Source of the DNA: Candidatus Sulfotelmatobacter sp.
GTDB taxonomy: Bacteria; Acidobacteriota; Terriglobia; Terriglobales; Acidobacteriaceae
Reading direction: 5' to 3'
Length of the DNA: 64,000 nucleotides
Assembly: GCA_030041415.1 (NCBI GenBank)
Contig: JASHNX010000014.1
Span: 14,161-78,160, forward strand
This document shows, piece after piece, positions 62,790-64,000 of this stretch. The position numbers and the translations under genes are program-made. Positions within the stretch are counted from its first letter, which is position 1, and each line of letters begins with the position of its first letter. The notes under the pieces are model-generated. The model made no database searches and was not told the DNA's origin. It saw only the letters and a program-made list of their open reading frames with translations.

Positions 62790-64000
62790 GTGACCTCGTC
62801 CCGGCGATCAGAAAAAGAGCCGTTCTCTCCGTTGCTTCTGGCCAACATCGGCCAGCTTGTTACCGTTGAGCTACCTTCGAAAAAAGTTGGTCCCCGCCGC
62901 GGCAATGATCTCGGAGAACTCGGCATCATCGAAGATGGCGCCGTTCTCTGCATCGCTGGGAAGATTGTCTCCGTCGGCAAGACCAAAGACGCCCTTCGCG
63001 ATCCCTGGCTGAAGAAGAATCGCAAAAAAATTGTCGAGATCGATTGGTCAGATAAAGTCGTTGTTCCCGGTTTTGTCGATTCGCATACCCATCCGGTTTT
63101 TGTCGGACCGCGCCTGATCGATTTTGAAAAGCGCATCGAAGGCGCAACCTACGAGAAAATCGCCGCTGCCGGCGGAGGCATTCGTTCGAGCCTGGGTGGC
63201 GTTCGCGCGGCAGGGAAGCGTGAACTCGCTGATAAGGTTCTATCCGCTCTGCGCGAGATGGCCGCGCACGGGACCACGACGGTCGAGGCTAAATCCGGCT
63301 ACGGATTGACCGTTGAGTCTGAGATCAAATCGCTGCAGGCGCTGCGCGATGCCGCCTTGAGCTGGCCGGGAACAGTCGTTCCAACGCTGCTTGGAGCGCA
63401 TGTGGTTCCCAAAGAATTTCAGGGTTGCTCACAAAAATACGTTGAGATCGTCTGCAAAGAGATGATCCCCCGCGCAGCGAGGGAAAAGCTTGCCCAATTC
63501 GTGGACGTGTTCTGTGACAAAGGCGCGTTTACGGCCGAAGAAACACAACAGATTTTTGAGGCCGCCGAGAATCATGGATTGAGCCTGCGTGCGCACATGG
63601 GGCAGTTGAGCGAAACAAAATTGACGCCTTTTCTGCGATTTCATCCGGCGTCGTTCGATCATATGGATCACGTGAACGACGAAGACATCGCCCAGCTGGC
63701 GAAGTATGACACCATCGCCACGCTGGTTCCGGGAGCGAATTATTTTCTCGCTCTCGGGGAGTATCCGAACGCACGCAAACTGATTGACGCCGGCGTGCCG
63801 GTGGCGCTCGCGACAGATTACAATCCGGGCACCTCTCCGACTTTGAGCATGCCGATGGCAATGTCGCTGGCGTGCACGCACATGAAGATGTCGCCGGCGG
63901 AGGCGATTGCCGCGGCGACAATAAACGGAGCCTGGGCGCTGCGCCTGGCCGAGCGAAAGGGTTCGATTCAGGCAGGAAAAGACGCAGACCTTGCTGTGTT
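62790..64000 (+). CDS. hutI: imidazolonepropionase, 3' end beyond the window
   Basis: Not in the track because there is no stop inside the window. The frame from 62790 reads ...LLLANIGQLVTV..., VVPGFVDSHTHPVF, GGGIRSS, TTVEAKSGYGL, LGAH, VDVFCD, DHM and ATDYNPGTSP, then runs to the window end. The start is uncertain (GTG at 62790 or TTG at 62832). Confidence 0.9.
   Translation, partial: MTSSRRSEKEPFSPLLLANIGQLVTVELPSKKVGPRRGNDLGELGIIEDGAVLCIAGKIVSVGKTKDALRDPWLKKNRKKIVEIDWSDKVVVPGFVDSHTHPVFVGPRLIDFEKRIEGATYEKIAAAGGGIRSSLGGVRAAGKRELADKVLSALREMAAHGTTTVEAKSGYGLTVESEIKSLQALRDAALSWPGTVVPTLLGAHVVPKEFQGCSQKYVEIVCKEMIPRAAREKLAQFVDVFCDKGAFTAEETQQIFEAAENHGLSLRAHMGQLSETKLTPFLRFHPASFDHMDHVNDEDIAQLAKYDTIATLVPGANYFLALGEYPNARKLIDAGVPVALATDYNPGTSPTLSMPMAMSLACTHMKMSPAEAIAAATINGAWALRLAERKGSIQAGKDADLAV

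Noticed and set aside
1-64000. A window-wide look for CRISPR arrays, rRNA or tRNA genes, IS elements, and large tandem or inverted repeats.
   Set aside because: I noticed no regularly spaced direct repeats, rRNA-like segments, cloverleaf candidates or transposase motifs. Intergenic gaps are mostly under 250 nt. This was inspection by eye only, so tRNAscan-SE, Infernal or a repeat finder should confirm it.

Overview
This is a GC-rich chromosomal segment, most consistent with an Acidobacteriota (Terriglobia-like) genome. That placement is an inference from an 'acidobacterial VWFA' type protein, a PEP-CTERM protein, a GloVer-repeat protein, TMTC-like TPR glycosyltransferases and FSLIELL-type pilins. 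About 55 protein genes are supported. Housekeeping genes include secA, metG, argS, smpB, hutU/hutI, pepA, larC, tatD, yajQ, a polyprenyl synthase and an M16 peptidase pair. They are interleaved with envelope and accessory modules. I recognised no rRNA, tRNA, CRISPR array or transposase. Many ORF-track entries are over-extended, because the track also uses TTG/GTG starts, or are antisense shadow ORFs; starts were re-picked where the sequence allowed.

Most interesting observations:
1. A DedA-rhodanese fusion gene (38868..39878, minus) is interrupted by a single in-frame TGA inside the rhodanese active-site loop (YLYC-T-TGA-AREATS). The frame stays open for 52 more codons that complete the domain, and a GC-rich hairpin with a GU-containing loop lies 17-31 nt downstream. 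This makes it a candidate selenoprotein; the alternative is a nonsense pseudogene.
2. That gene is preceded by about 440 nt of ORF-poor, hairpin-rich sequence that ends in a terminator-like stem and U-tract abutting the ATG.
3. Two tandem type IV pilin paralogs share a sigma-54-like GG-N10-GC motif. They are flanked by a 12-TM alkaline-phosphatase-superfamily phosphotransferase and a TMTC-like GT-C/TPR protein, a possible pilin-modification island.
4. An isolated three-gene module encodes a TPR-secretin-cohesin fusion plus two GspG-like pseudopilins.
5. One protein fuses acyl-AMP ligase, ACP and PlsC acyltransferase domains.
6. A stand-alone LigD polymerase-domain gene sits next to DUF72 and a translationally coupled pair of Xer recombinases.

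All functional calls come from motif recognition by eye; no database search was run.
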